Source: Gordius albopunctatus
Taxonomy: Eukaryota
Reading direction: 5' to 3'
Length of the DNA stretch: 64,000 nucleotides
Assembly: GCA_964276515.1 (NCBI GenBank)
Contig: OZ193909.1
Location: 16,926,001-16,990,000 of the forward strand
Shown: piece after piece, positions 37,812 to 50,500 of the stretch
Layout: each line of letters starts with the position of its first letter
How positions within the stretch are numbered: position 1 is the stretch's first letter
Program-made: the position numbers and the translations under genes
The notes under the pieces: model-generated
Told to the model about the DNA's origin: nothing
The model's input: the letters and a program-made list of their open reading frames with translations, nothing else
Database searches by the model: none

Positions 37812-38307
37812 AAGGTGTTAGGTAGGATTGGCTGTAAAAACCCACTCTACCTTTAATGATAGCTTACAATAATAAACGGTGCGCTCTCCATCTTCCTCTG
37901 CTTTTTCGATGAAAGTGGAAAGCTGATAAAAAAAAACGCCACAATTGTTGGACCAAATACGCGATAACGCAACTTAACTTACAACCTCAGAGATGCACTT
38001 TTAAATTTCAATGTTATTGAAAATAGTGGAATTAAAAAATAAAAACATGGATAGGTTTTTAACATTAAAATTAATGTCTGTAAGACTTTTAAGCGCCAAT
38101 TTCCTATATTCAGATTGCCATTGTTAAGTACCAAACATATTGGGCCTAAACGCCTTTCTAGATAATTAAATACGTAAAATAAGAAGCCTCGAAATATTTG
38201 AAGCTGTTTAAATTTTTTTTAAACGCTGCGACAACAGCTTACTCAGCACAATAACTTTTTTTTAAAAGTCGATACACACTGAAATTTTAACCTGTATTGA
38301 ATTTTTT

Positions 38308-38442
38308 GGGTGCCCGTCAACTTTCCGAAAACCATTTCGGCTAATTTAATGTCCCACGGTTAAAAAATGTCCCCCAGCAAACCAGGCACAAAATGTCCCG
38401 GTGAATTCGGCGAGATGATTTTCGGCGAATTGATAGGGCATC
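38308..38442. mobile_element. Mutator-like MITE with 9-bp TSD (GAATTTTTT), ~70 bp upstream of the TBL1 start codon
   Basis: gggtgcccgtcaa ... ttgatagggcatc imperfect inverted ends flanked by gaatttttt on both sides. Confidence 0.7.
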
Positions 38443-38513
38443 GAATTTTTTGAAATGAAGCTTATCCTCAGCTGTACTTTGTCTTAATATACAAAATTTT
38501 TGAATTTAAAAAG

Positions 38514-41500
38514 ATGAGTATTTTACCCGAGGAAATAAATTATGTAGTATATCGTTATTTACAAGAATCAGGTTTTTAAATATTATGTTTATTTATATGT
38601 TAATTAAGGGTTTTTTCATTCAGCCTATTTGTTTGGTGAGGAGAGTAAAATTTCTTTAACTAATATAAATAAGAAACTCATACCCACCGGCTCTTTAATC
38701 TCACTTATATACAGAGGACTATTGTATTCCGAAATCGAAAATAATATTAACGAGGTTTGATAAAACCCATAATCCCAGATTTATTATAATTTTTTTGTGA
38801 CATTTATTGTTTGTGTATATTTAAATATTTTTAAGGATGGCACTGAAAAAAGTGCATCAGCCCCAAAGCTCACTATTTTAGAGGCTATTTCACTGAAAGT
38901 TAACAACTCTTTTTATCCCCAAGCCCCATCCAATCTTACTAATAAATCAATTGCTAATGGATTAAATAATGACAATTTGATGATCTCTGCTGTTGCCAAT
39001 AACACAGAAAACCTGCACATAAGTAGAGGAATGGATCTGTCAACCATAATTTCAAATGCTAGTGCCACAGAATTTAGAACATCAAGTCCTAAACATGTTA
39101 AACTTGAAGAGCTGGGATATAATAATACTAATGTAGAAAGTAATAATTTGGCTGCAAATTTTAATGAAACATATCAAGCAAGTAGGCTGCCATTAAACAT
39201 CAAGGAAGAAAGTAAGATTTTAATTGTGTAAATGTATGGTTGCCCTCATTTTTATTAATTGTTAAAATTAATAGATTTAAAAGCAATGGAAATAGATCAA
39301 TCAGGGACAAATGATCAGGGAGTAAAATCTTTGGTAAAGATAACAGGAGCTGACAAAAATAAGGATGATAATATATATACTTCAATGCCAACTATACCAT
39401 TATCCCAACAAAACAATAATGTGGTGGTTCTCAAAGGACATATGTCAGAAGTTTTTATTTGTGCATGGAACCCTGTTAAAGATCTACTAGCATCAGGGTA
39501 TCTTAATATGAATCATACTAATTTTGTCCACTGACTTATAATATAAGTATCTATATAATAATTATATATATTAACATTATAATTGTCATATTCCTTTAAA
39601 TGTATTATATAGTCCCCATGTATTTTTTTATTTTTTACCTAGTCACCTTAGGATTACTATCTATGTAGTTAACTTTTTTAGCTCTAATTTTAAAATCCAT
39701 ATGCTTAAATAATCTTGCTTTTTTTAATGATTTTGTATCACACTTTAATTTTAATTTAACACGTTGGCTCCTGAATCATCAAAAAAAATTACACGTATCC
39801 AATATTTTGAATTAATTAATATTCTTAATTTGAATATATTTTTTAAATTTTGGAAATTAAAGTATTTTGTAATATTATGATTTTAATGAACTTATGACAT
39901 AATCTTATAACTCATTCCATCTCTAACTAACCCCTACCCATATAAATTTCTTCATAAAAGCAACACATTATACCCTCTGATGGTTTGTTCCTTATGTTGG
40001 TGGTAATGTTGTAAAAACGGCTAGGATTTGTTTTGGTCGCCTAAACATTATGTTTAGTCAACTAAACCCAATGGAGGGGCATGGTGGCGTAGTGGGTAGA
40101 GGTTTAGTCTTTGAAGCAAGAGCTCGCAGGTTCAATCCCGCCTCTGACACTTATTTTAAAAAAGATTAAAAATCACATCGTCACCACGGCTGTCAGGCCT
40201 GGATAGCCGGGCATCACCCCTTATCCAAATATCTAAGGAAGCTGACCACCACCTTCGTGTGACAACAGACAGCTATTGGATATTATTAACTAAAACCAAC
40301 GGTTGACACAACAACCCAGCCGTAGCACTAGTTGGAGGACAGTCTTTTTGAGGATATAAACCCTCATTTTTATCAATTTTTTTTTACCAAGACGTATTCA
40401 CACATATAAACATAAAACGAAAGAAAAGGGACATATTTTACCAAGATCTTAATGGGACCACTGTAGAGGCTTTGAAGCTGTATTAAACTATGAGGACCAG
40501 TGGCGTAGCTAGCCTTTTTGCCTTGGGGGGGCAAAAAATTGTAACTACAAAAAACCTTAAAAATTAGAAAAAATTATGTTCTGGCCCCCCTAATCCAAAA
40601 CCTGCATACGACCATGGGTCAAACGCAAATGAAAGTTTTTCCCTCATAAACGTTGGACAAACTTAAAATTCCGCTAATACTTTGTGTATTTTTTTTGAAT
40701 ACCATCCCACTGGTATGTCTTAGATCCTCATGTTTATAAGGCATAAAATAAATAAAATTTATTCATAATTAAAACAAAGAAATGTAAGTTGAAGCAATAT
40801 AGAACATTTCACTTGGTATAATAAGTTTTTGTATGAATGAATTGTAAGGGCACAAAGTGGAACGGGGATATTGACAAGAAATCGTTGCCATTTTAAAAAA
40901 TAATACAAATAGTAAAAAAAACTACGACAAAGTTTTTATAAAAATACTTTATTGCCACAACGCCAAAAAATCTTGGCCATATCTAAAACAAATTTTAATT
41001 TTACATAGGCAATATTGGCAGCATTTTTATATCAGGAAAACAATGAGAACGATGATATTATAGATATATTTGCACCCCCCACCCTTTTACACCACCTAAA
41101 GATTAAGATGAACTAATAAATTTAACGGCTAAATGAACCTTAAAATTATTCTGTCAAAATTAAATGAATCAAAATTTTTAGATGCATGAACATATAGGGG
41201 TATGAGCAGTCTATTAGACTATGCTTGGAGTCTATTAGTTTGTGCAAAATGATATGTAATATATAGGTTTTAATACTTGATACTCATCTTTTAGCTATTT
41301 GGAAGGTGTGCTTGTTATTGACTTCTGCGCTTTTGTAATAATCATCTTCAAGTTTTTTAGTTTCTTTTTATTAAAATTTCAAGTATTAATCGTTTCGCTT
41401 TCTGTAGTGTGGAGTCCATAGCATTCCACTGATCCTCACTAGAAAGTTTTTTGAACTCAGCTTGCCTCATAATTTTCTCTAAAATTTTTGAACTATTTTT

Positions 41501-44500
41501 TGTGGCTTTGGTCTTTCACTCATGTATTTTAAATTTTGTTATCTGACTAGTACGATTTTGCGTAATTTTTTCTCTCCAAATATAAGGTCTATTTCTAAGT
41601 CATAGATTAAAAGCTTGCGTTTTTTCTATAATATCTGTTTCTTCTTCATTATTAGAGGATTAACCATGAATTCCATGATCTCTTCGATATAACTTTCTCT
41701 ATGACCATCGAGGCCCACTCTAATACTGAGGGTCCACGTAACTAAGTTAGAGTATAAGTGGCGTTTGAAAACGTTCTTTTTCCACTCTTGGAACATCAGC
41801 TTGGGGTAGTTCAGGCTAATTCAACGTTAATCTATTTCTGTTTTGAACCACAACTGAATCGATTAATCTATTTCTCCTATAGTAGAATATCATTCTTATT
41901 GGTTTCTGTTTTGGGTTTAAGGGAGCTTGTCATTTTCAAAAACCTTCACTGCCTTTCCACCAGACGCCATCAATTTTTGCTCTTTTTGATAGGTTTTCCC
42001 ATTTTCTTCAGCTCGTCTTAGTACCAATCTTCATGATTTACTCATAAAAATCCTTAAGCGCTATCGGTTAGCGTGATAGTTGTAAACTTAGTTTATAATC
42101 TAAGCCATTTAGATGAAGAAGGTTTTCGTTGACTTTGGGGAAAGCCTTAGCTGGCTCTACCGGCCATTTTTATGTTGTGCTAGTTTGGGAATTTAGTATC
42201 ACGCCTTTCCGGGCTTGATGAACCTTTAAAAAGCATGATATCCTCTAGCCACTTAAATTATTGTACCTCTTAGGCCGAATACTAGTTGAAACCATTTACT
42301 TGATGGTTCAAATTAAAAAAATGCACCATAAGAGGAGGATTACTCACTTGCACTTTTTTGGCTCATCCCATATAGCAAGGCCATCTTGAATCGAGCCAAA
42401 CGAATTTGGTTTTGTAATTTTGCGGGATCAATGCGATCGATATGATAATATCTTGCTCCCATTTCTAACTTTATTAATTCAACGCGTCGAAGTTCTGCCC
42501 ATAGACTTTGGATTTAATTTGAATCTTTATCCTCAGACCTTTCGTCTATTTACGCGACTAAGAATATTATTCGACCAAAACCAAAGGTCGAGCAAACAAA
42601 ACCCCCCAGCCGTTTTTACAACACTAGGCGACCGCATATACCTCGTAAAAATGTCTCCTTAACGCTTTTAATTAACTTGCCGCATCGTTCCGAATTCGCA
42701 CCTTTGATGCCTTGTAGCAGGATTCACGAGATGCGAAACTTTCCTAAAATTTAGTGAAAAGTGGTTTCTATAACTTTTAAACTTCAACGAAAATTAGATG
42801 TTAAAATTAATAAGAATATTAGGTCGGGAGATTCTACGGCTAGAATATGGGATTTATCGACGATGGATAGCAATAGCTCAGCCCTGCTGGAGAAAAATCA
42901 CCTAGTTCTCAGGCATTGCATCCAGCGCGGTGGTACGGAAGTCGCGAGCAATAAAGATGTCACTTCGCTTGATTGGAATGTAAAAACATACTTTTCCCCA
43001 CAACTCAATATAACTTTGTTCTACGTGTGTGAGTTTTGTAAAAAGATCTGTGTCTTGTTTAGTCGACCAAACAAAGCCAACCCAAAGGTTTTTGGGGATC
43101 TGTCTTAGTAGAAATTTGAAAAACAAAGAGGCCAGAGGATTTTGGTCTGTGTTTGTTAAGTGAGTCCTTAGTCTTAATTTAACCAAAGGTCGAGCAAACA
43201 AAACCTACACGTCTTTTTACAACGCTCTTACATATGATATTAACGTATTTTTTGTATCTAAGTGTTAATTCCCCCTTATAAATGTTACATAGTCCGAAGG
43301 AACAGGGCTAGCTACGGGCTCCTACGATGGTTACGCCAGGATTTGGACTGCTGATGGTATTATAAATAGGCTACATTTTACAAATTTTCTCATTTATTTG
43401 CTCTTACATTTTTTTCTTGAACGGCACTACGATCGATTCATAAAAATATCGATTTATTTCAAAATATTTATGTTGATTGTTGTATTTTAGTCTAAATTGA
43501 TTATTGAATTGCTCTGTTAGGGCACTTGAAAAGTACTTTGGGTCAACACAAGGGACCGATATTCGCTCTCAAATGGAACAAAAGAGGCAATTACATACTC
43601 AGCGCCGGAGTTGATAAGGTTGCCACTAACGATTAAATCTATTTTTCCAATGCATATACAATATTATATGTGTTTGAATACTAAACTGTCTCTTAAAAGT
43701 TTGTTTGTGATAAATGTTAAGTAAAAAAATATGATTTTCAGACGCATATTTGAGACGTTGTTAATATTGGATACATGGGGTTTAGGAGGATTTCTGGAGG
43801 GTTGTTAGTCTAAATTAGGAATAATACCCTATTTTTTATTAGGGATTTTTTGTCGGTCTTCTTCATGTGGTTACCTTTATTATAGACGAGATATGGCAAA
43901 TAATGCATTTTTGTAATTTAATGGTCATTTTTATAGAACATGGTAAAAACCTTAAAAGGAAACACAAAGAATTATCACTTTCTTACCATTTATAACTCAC
44001 TTAAAAAATATTATATTCTCAACCTTATCCCCTCAACCAAAATGCAATTTAAATTAACTAAAGGTTAGCGTTTAAAGTGATTATAAACTAAATTTTTTAA
44101 AATTATCCAAATATTATAAATGTTCAAAGCAATCCTATAAAACGTTTAGCAATGGTGAAATAGAAAATATTTTTGTTTTTAAAATTTACAGACTATATAC
44201 TTTGTAATAAAGCTTAAGGGCTATCAAAAGTTTTTTTTAACTTTTACAGATTGTTATAATTATACCCAATTTAGACTACCATTATATGGGACGCTAGCTC
44301 AGGCCATTGTACACAACAATTTGCATTTCACCTAGGTACTATCGATAAAAAAATATTCCTTATTTATAATATAGGCCATAACAATTAAATTTATTATATG
44401 TCTTATTATGCAATGTTGGAATCTACCATTTTTTTAATGGTGTTAAATATATGTTGGAAATATATCTAAAGAAAAATATTTCATAAACCAAATATGGAAA

Positions 44501-47500
44501 TTTTATAATTTATATTTTTATAGTTTATGAGACAAATTCTATAATGCTTAGGATTTAAAGAACTTTAATATTGCATGTTAGCTTTGTCACTATAATCGAT
44601 TCCATATAAATTTAGATTTTTGAGTATTTTACTAGCACCCGCGCTGGATGTTGATTGGCAAAACAATACCACGTTTGCCTCATGCTCTACAGACCAATGC
44701 ATACACGTCTGTGCCCTAGGTTCTGATGCACCGCTCAAAACCTTTAGGGGCCATTGCGTAATTTTTAAGATTGTTTTATTTTGAGCTTTTGCATTCCATA
44801 ATCTATATAAAAAGTTTATAATTAAAGTGTTTTAGAAATATAAAGGTAAAAATTGAATTTGCTATAATTTTTGGAAAAACTATCATTCATTAAAACGTGA
44901 GGTTAAGAATTGTACCATTTGGTAAAATTCGTAACATTTGAAGATTTTTATTATATTTTTCTTGGATATATACAGCAATAAAATTAATAAATGGGCCAGA
45001 TTAAATCGCATTCCGACAACAGCAAACACTTTGTGGAAAAAGGCCATGCATTTTTATTTTTTTACCACGCGTATATATAATTTTTGATTTTTGCTGTTTG
45101 TTTACCAAAAATTAATAGAATGAAGTGAACGCTATAAAATGGGATCCCCAAGGCGTTTTGCTCGCCTCATGCTCCGACGATATGACTCTAAAGGTTACAT
45201 AGTGTTGTTACCTATTGCCTATAATACGAGAAATTAAATTTAGATTGCTAATATATTAGTTCTTAGAAAGTGTAATATTTGATTAAAATTTTAAATTTGA
45301 TTTGACTAAAAATAAGTTGATGATTTTTCAGTCTGGTTAAGTAGGCAGATTATAGAGAACTGCACGGGTGACCCGAGACCCGGACCGGGTAGAAAATTTG
45401 AAAATGCTTTCGGGTCGGGTTCGTGTTGAAAATTTTTAAATGCTTTCGGGTCGGGTCAAATTTTTAGAGTCGGGTCCAAGTTTATACATTGTAAAAAACA
45501 GGCGAGACCTATTTTTTTCTAACAAAATATATAATATAAATTGTATATATAAATCATATATTTGATATTTATATTTTAATAAGCATACTATTTCGCAACT
45601 TTTATGACTTTTTTCCAGCTGTCCATTTCGCCAGGGGGCTGGATTTCCTCTTTTTTTAAAATTTAAAACTCCGAACTCTGAAGTGCTAGCTAATTCTCAT
45701 CACTAATTCAAACTACATAAATTACTCCTGTTTCTAATTTGACTATTAAAAGGTAAATTATTTCAATAAAGTTATATTTTAAATTTTTTTTAGTGTTAAT
45801 CGTGAAGATTTAGCTACTCCTCATCATTAATTTAAATTACATTTAATACATATTCAAAGATAACTTAAAAGTAAGTTATAATTTTAATTAATATGGTATG
45901 ATAACTTGTTTATTTATAAAATATTTTAAATCATGTGGATGTGAGATATTTTACCCTAAGACAATATATCTTAACAATGATTTGATATTAAATAGTTGCC
46001 TCTAAAATCTATAACACATGAGTATTTAACTTAATATTAGATAGTATAAATTAGTAAATATATATTAGTTTGTTATATAATTATATAAAAAAAATTTTTA
46101 TAATATCTTAAATTGCACTTGAAACTTAAAACATTTGAACAGTTAGTATAAATTTCATTTACTATATGCATTATAATCAGCTATATAATAATGGTTTCAT
46201 AATAAATGGATGTTAAATAGTTGTCTCAAGTCTATAACATATGAGCAGTTTACTTGATATTAGGAAACTAAATGTAGATAAATAAATATGAGTTTTTTTT
46301 CCACCATCCCCTCTAAAGAATACAAATCATCATGGAGAACTTTATATATAATTTTACATTGTGTTATAGCAAAAGATCTGGAGGAGGTAAGAATTAAAAT
46401 AGCAGTTTTATAATAATATAACCCTTATACAAATTTTTTTATTAATAGTTAAACTATTTGTTTGTATTCTATTGGTCTATTTTTTAGCATTCACAACTTT
46501 TTAAGTCTTAAATAATTGAAATGATGCATGATATACAAGTGTAAAATGTTTATTCTAATCATCTATAACAATCATATTCAAATTGTATTTAAATTACATA
46601 AATAAATATTCATAAAGCAACATAAAAATATTTAAATAAATGAGTCATTTCATTAATAGTACTTTTATTTGTCGATTTAATTTTACACCGCAATTTTCGC
46701 GCTCGAAACTAATTTGTTTTACTAATTTTTCGGGTCGGATCGGGTTCGGGTTGAAAAAAAGTGACTTTGCAGTTCTCTAGCAGATTATAATTTGTGCGCG
46801 ATAAATTTTACGAATTTAGCTAACTACTATTATGACATAATTTATGTGAGGGAGGGAATAGGGGTAGTCTATAATCTTAATTATTCTCTAAAAACATGAT
46901 TTTATACTCTTTTCCTGCATATTTTTGCAATAAAATGTTTGTATGCTGGAATTATATAGATTTTTAGGGTAAATGCCTTCTCGTAATTAGTAAAAACGAA
47001 ATATGGTATCGATGTTATGTGAAAGGATTCTACAACTATTGAAGTTTTTAATATCGCAACGAATTCACAAGATGTCCAACTATTTTTTGTTTGCATTTAT
47101 ATGGTTGTTAGATATGGTCGATGAATCAAGACAACTGCCTGCACGACATCAAGGCGCACGACAAAGAAATTTATACTATAAAGTGGAGCCCGACTGGAAC
47201 AGGCACCGCTAATCCCAATTTAGCTCTCGTCCTGGCTAGGTTAGAGGAAAATATCTTATTTTATGACTACTGGTCGTTTAAAACTTGATTGGGGTCATTT
47301 GAGACCCAAAAAAGCGTCAATTATCCGCTGGAATTTCGGCACGGTGTCTTGAATCCTTATTTATTGTGTATTTGGTTCCACGGCGGTGGGGTTTGGATTG
47401 ATGAATTTCTCGCCTTTTTACTTGTCATAACTTTGTCCACTTGCCTTTTACACTTCACACGAGGTCCTCCTCCCCGGCATCTCTACGTCAAATTCTCCTC

Positions 47501-50500
47501 GATTTATATCGTTCGCATCCCTTCATTCATAGTATATGTCCTTGCCACCTAAGCCGATTTTCATTTATTATGTCCGCCATAGGTTGATTACCCGCTTTTG
47601 CCCTGAGTTAGTTATTCTTAAGTCGTGCTTTTTTATAATGGGCTTTTTGTTTTTAACCCGACAGGTACCAGTGTAACTTTTAAGTTACACCTATTTAAAT
47701 GTTGTTTATTCCAAAAGTATTAATCGAAATTAAATTTTTTAAAATTAATTCAGCACACAACTGTTGCCCAATTAGCCCACAAAACGTTTATCTCCTCCGG
47801 ATCTATAATTTTTAATATATTCTATTCCAAAGTTCACGATTTTTTCATTTTTTAAACCTTCTCAAATTATTCAATTTTCTGGAAAACCAACCTTAAGTTA
47901 TAAAATTATTTTTGCATGTTCTGAAAGAGTAATTTCTGCCCATTCTTTGGATATAAATATATTTCTATAATTATTTTTTTATCCTACCTTTTTTAACTTT
48001 TAAATTTAATGCCACCTAAAAGTGACATTGGGAATAGCATATTTCGACTAAAAGTTATTCAAGTATCTATTAACCTTGTAAACATTGCCTGTCGACACCT
48101 AAACTATTAAAAATTAATTTAGGCCTGTGTAAGCCATTTTATAATAAATATTGCTATTTACTTTTGATCTTTAAATGCACAGGGACAAAAAACTTTGTAG
48201 GAAAATTTTAATTTTTTATTATAATTATATGGTGTTATAAACTTTTTATTAATTTTTAAAACAATTTGATCGTAGCTTTTAGGACATCGGATGATCTGCT
48301 AAAATAATTGAAGAAGTTATTATTTTTTCTCCAAGCGAGGAAGGTGACACGGATTAGGAAAGTGGAGATGAAATAATAGAAGCTGATCTGGAGCATCTAC
48401 TGAGATCAATGATTACCTTTTGTATAGAGATAATTCGTGCATCCGATTTGAACTGGCACGACGTTAAAATTATTTATTCCATGTGGTCGCAAAGAAGATG
48501 ATAATTAAGACGTCGATTTAATTAATCGACTTCGGATGAAATTGTGACACTTTTGTTTGATAGGACAAATTTATATGACAGCCATCATAATATCAATTTA
48601 GACTTTACAAAGGAGGAGTGTAAAATCTATATAGCTATATTACTCCTAACTGGATGATACCTAACCCCAAAGAATATCAAAATGTTTTGAGAACTGCAAT
48701 CTGATTGCTACAGTCAAATGGTCCCTAATGAAATACGCCGCAATAGATTTCAAGAGATAACAAATACCTATGTGTATGCCACAATTTGAAGCTGGACTTA
48801 AGGGACAAATTTTCCAAAGTGCGAGAGTTTTTCAATCTCTTGAATAAACAATATCCAACATATTTCAAATATGTGAAGATATACAACATTTCAATGGACG
48901 AAACCATCGTCCCCTATTATGGACGCCACACCACCAAATAGCTTATAAAAGGAAAGCCAATGCGGTTTGGATTTAAATTATGGTCAGCGGCAACAAGGTT
49001 TGGGTACCTTACGGCTTTTGATGTTTATCAGGGTGCATCGTGTGTTTTACCAAATCAAAAAACTCTTGTTTTGGGGAAAGCTGTCATAATAGACCTCCTT
49101 GATAAATTGCCGGCGAAATATTCTCCATATAATATCTATTTTGATAATTATTTCACAAGCACAAAATTATTCAATGCACTCTCAAAAATGAACGTTGGCG
49201 CTACAGGACCTGTCCGTACGAACAGAATAAAATGTCCGCTAAGCGACCCTAAACTTTTTAAAAAAAGGAACGAGGTTATTTTGAGAAAAAAGTTGCTCCA
49301 AATTTAGTAGCAATACAATGGAATGACAATTGTGTAGTCAAGATGTTATCTAATTGTCATGGAACCCACCCTGTAAGAAAAACGGCAGAATAGGTTCAAG
49401 CAATAGTTTGAAATCGAGAATACAGGTTGGTTGCCCGTTTATGGTGCACGTGTATAATAGATATATGGGTGGGGTCGATAGATTTGACCAAAACTTTCAT
49501 TCAACAAGGATTTCTGATAGGGGGAAATATGGTATTTTCCTTTGATTGCATTTGGCATAGACGCGGCGTGTCAAAATGCAACAATGAATATATTTCTTTA
49601 TCCACATTTAGAAGGTCAATAGTGGTGTCATATTTCAAAAAATATGGTACTCAACCGAAAAGAAGTGTTTACTCTATGTGAACAAGATATAAACCGAATA
49701 TTTAAAAACATCAAAAGGAAGCCTGTTTACAGAGGCGCTGTAAAGTTTGTAAGAAGGCCGCCACTCGCCTTAAATGCTGTTATTGCAATGCCGGATTGCA
49801 TTTAAAATGCTGGGCCAAGCATCATAACTCATAATTAATTTTATTGTAATTGATTTGGATAAAAAATAAAATGTTGCATTTTTGGCGTTCCCATTGCCAC
49901 CTGAGGTACCTAGTGGGTTAAAACTTTTGAACATAGTTTTGATAAAACTCAGAGCGGTTTGCTTTGAAATAGCTTTACCTTCGCTTTTTCTTGTTAATCT
50001 TAAGCGTGTCAAAAAATTTTATAAGGAGAATATGGTTGAATGAAGAATCTGGATGTCGAAATTTTTTTTATTGATATTTAAGGTGAAGGACTTTGAAACA
50101 TAATATATAAAAGTCGGTAAATTTGCGAAACATGTTATCCTCTTTTAAATCTGCGCTTTAGTTTCCTTTCCTTTTATGCAATGGCGGCGCTCGCAATTTC
50201 AATGTTCTCGCTATTCGCAGAAAAAAAATTATGTTTCTTGTAGATTAAGCAATGGTTTTACACGTTTTCTTTTAAAATTTTGATAAAGTAATAACATTGT
50301 TACCAAACAGCTCAAAAGAAGTTTACGGGCGAAAATAATGAACGAGTAAAATATTTATTTAACCAACATTTCCTCGTCCACCCAGCGCTTCGTTTGATTC
50401 CTGCGTTAAGATATGGGATATCGAGAAGGCGATTCCGATCCATACCTTCCGCAAGCATCAAGAACCCGTTTACACGCTTGCTTTTAGCCCCGACGGGCAG

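Noticed and set aside
40073..40150. Functional tRNA-Gln(TTG) gene
   Set aside because: Acceptor and anticodon stems pair poorly and a SINE-like body follows; treated as a SINE or pseudo-tRNA.
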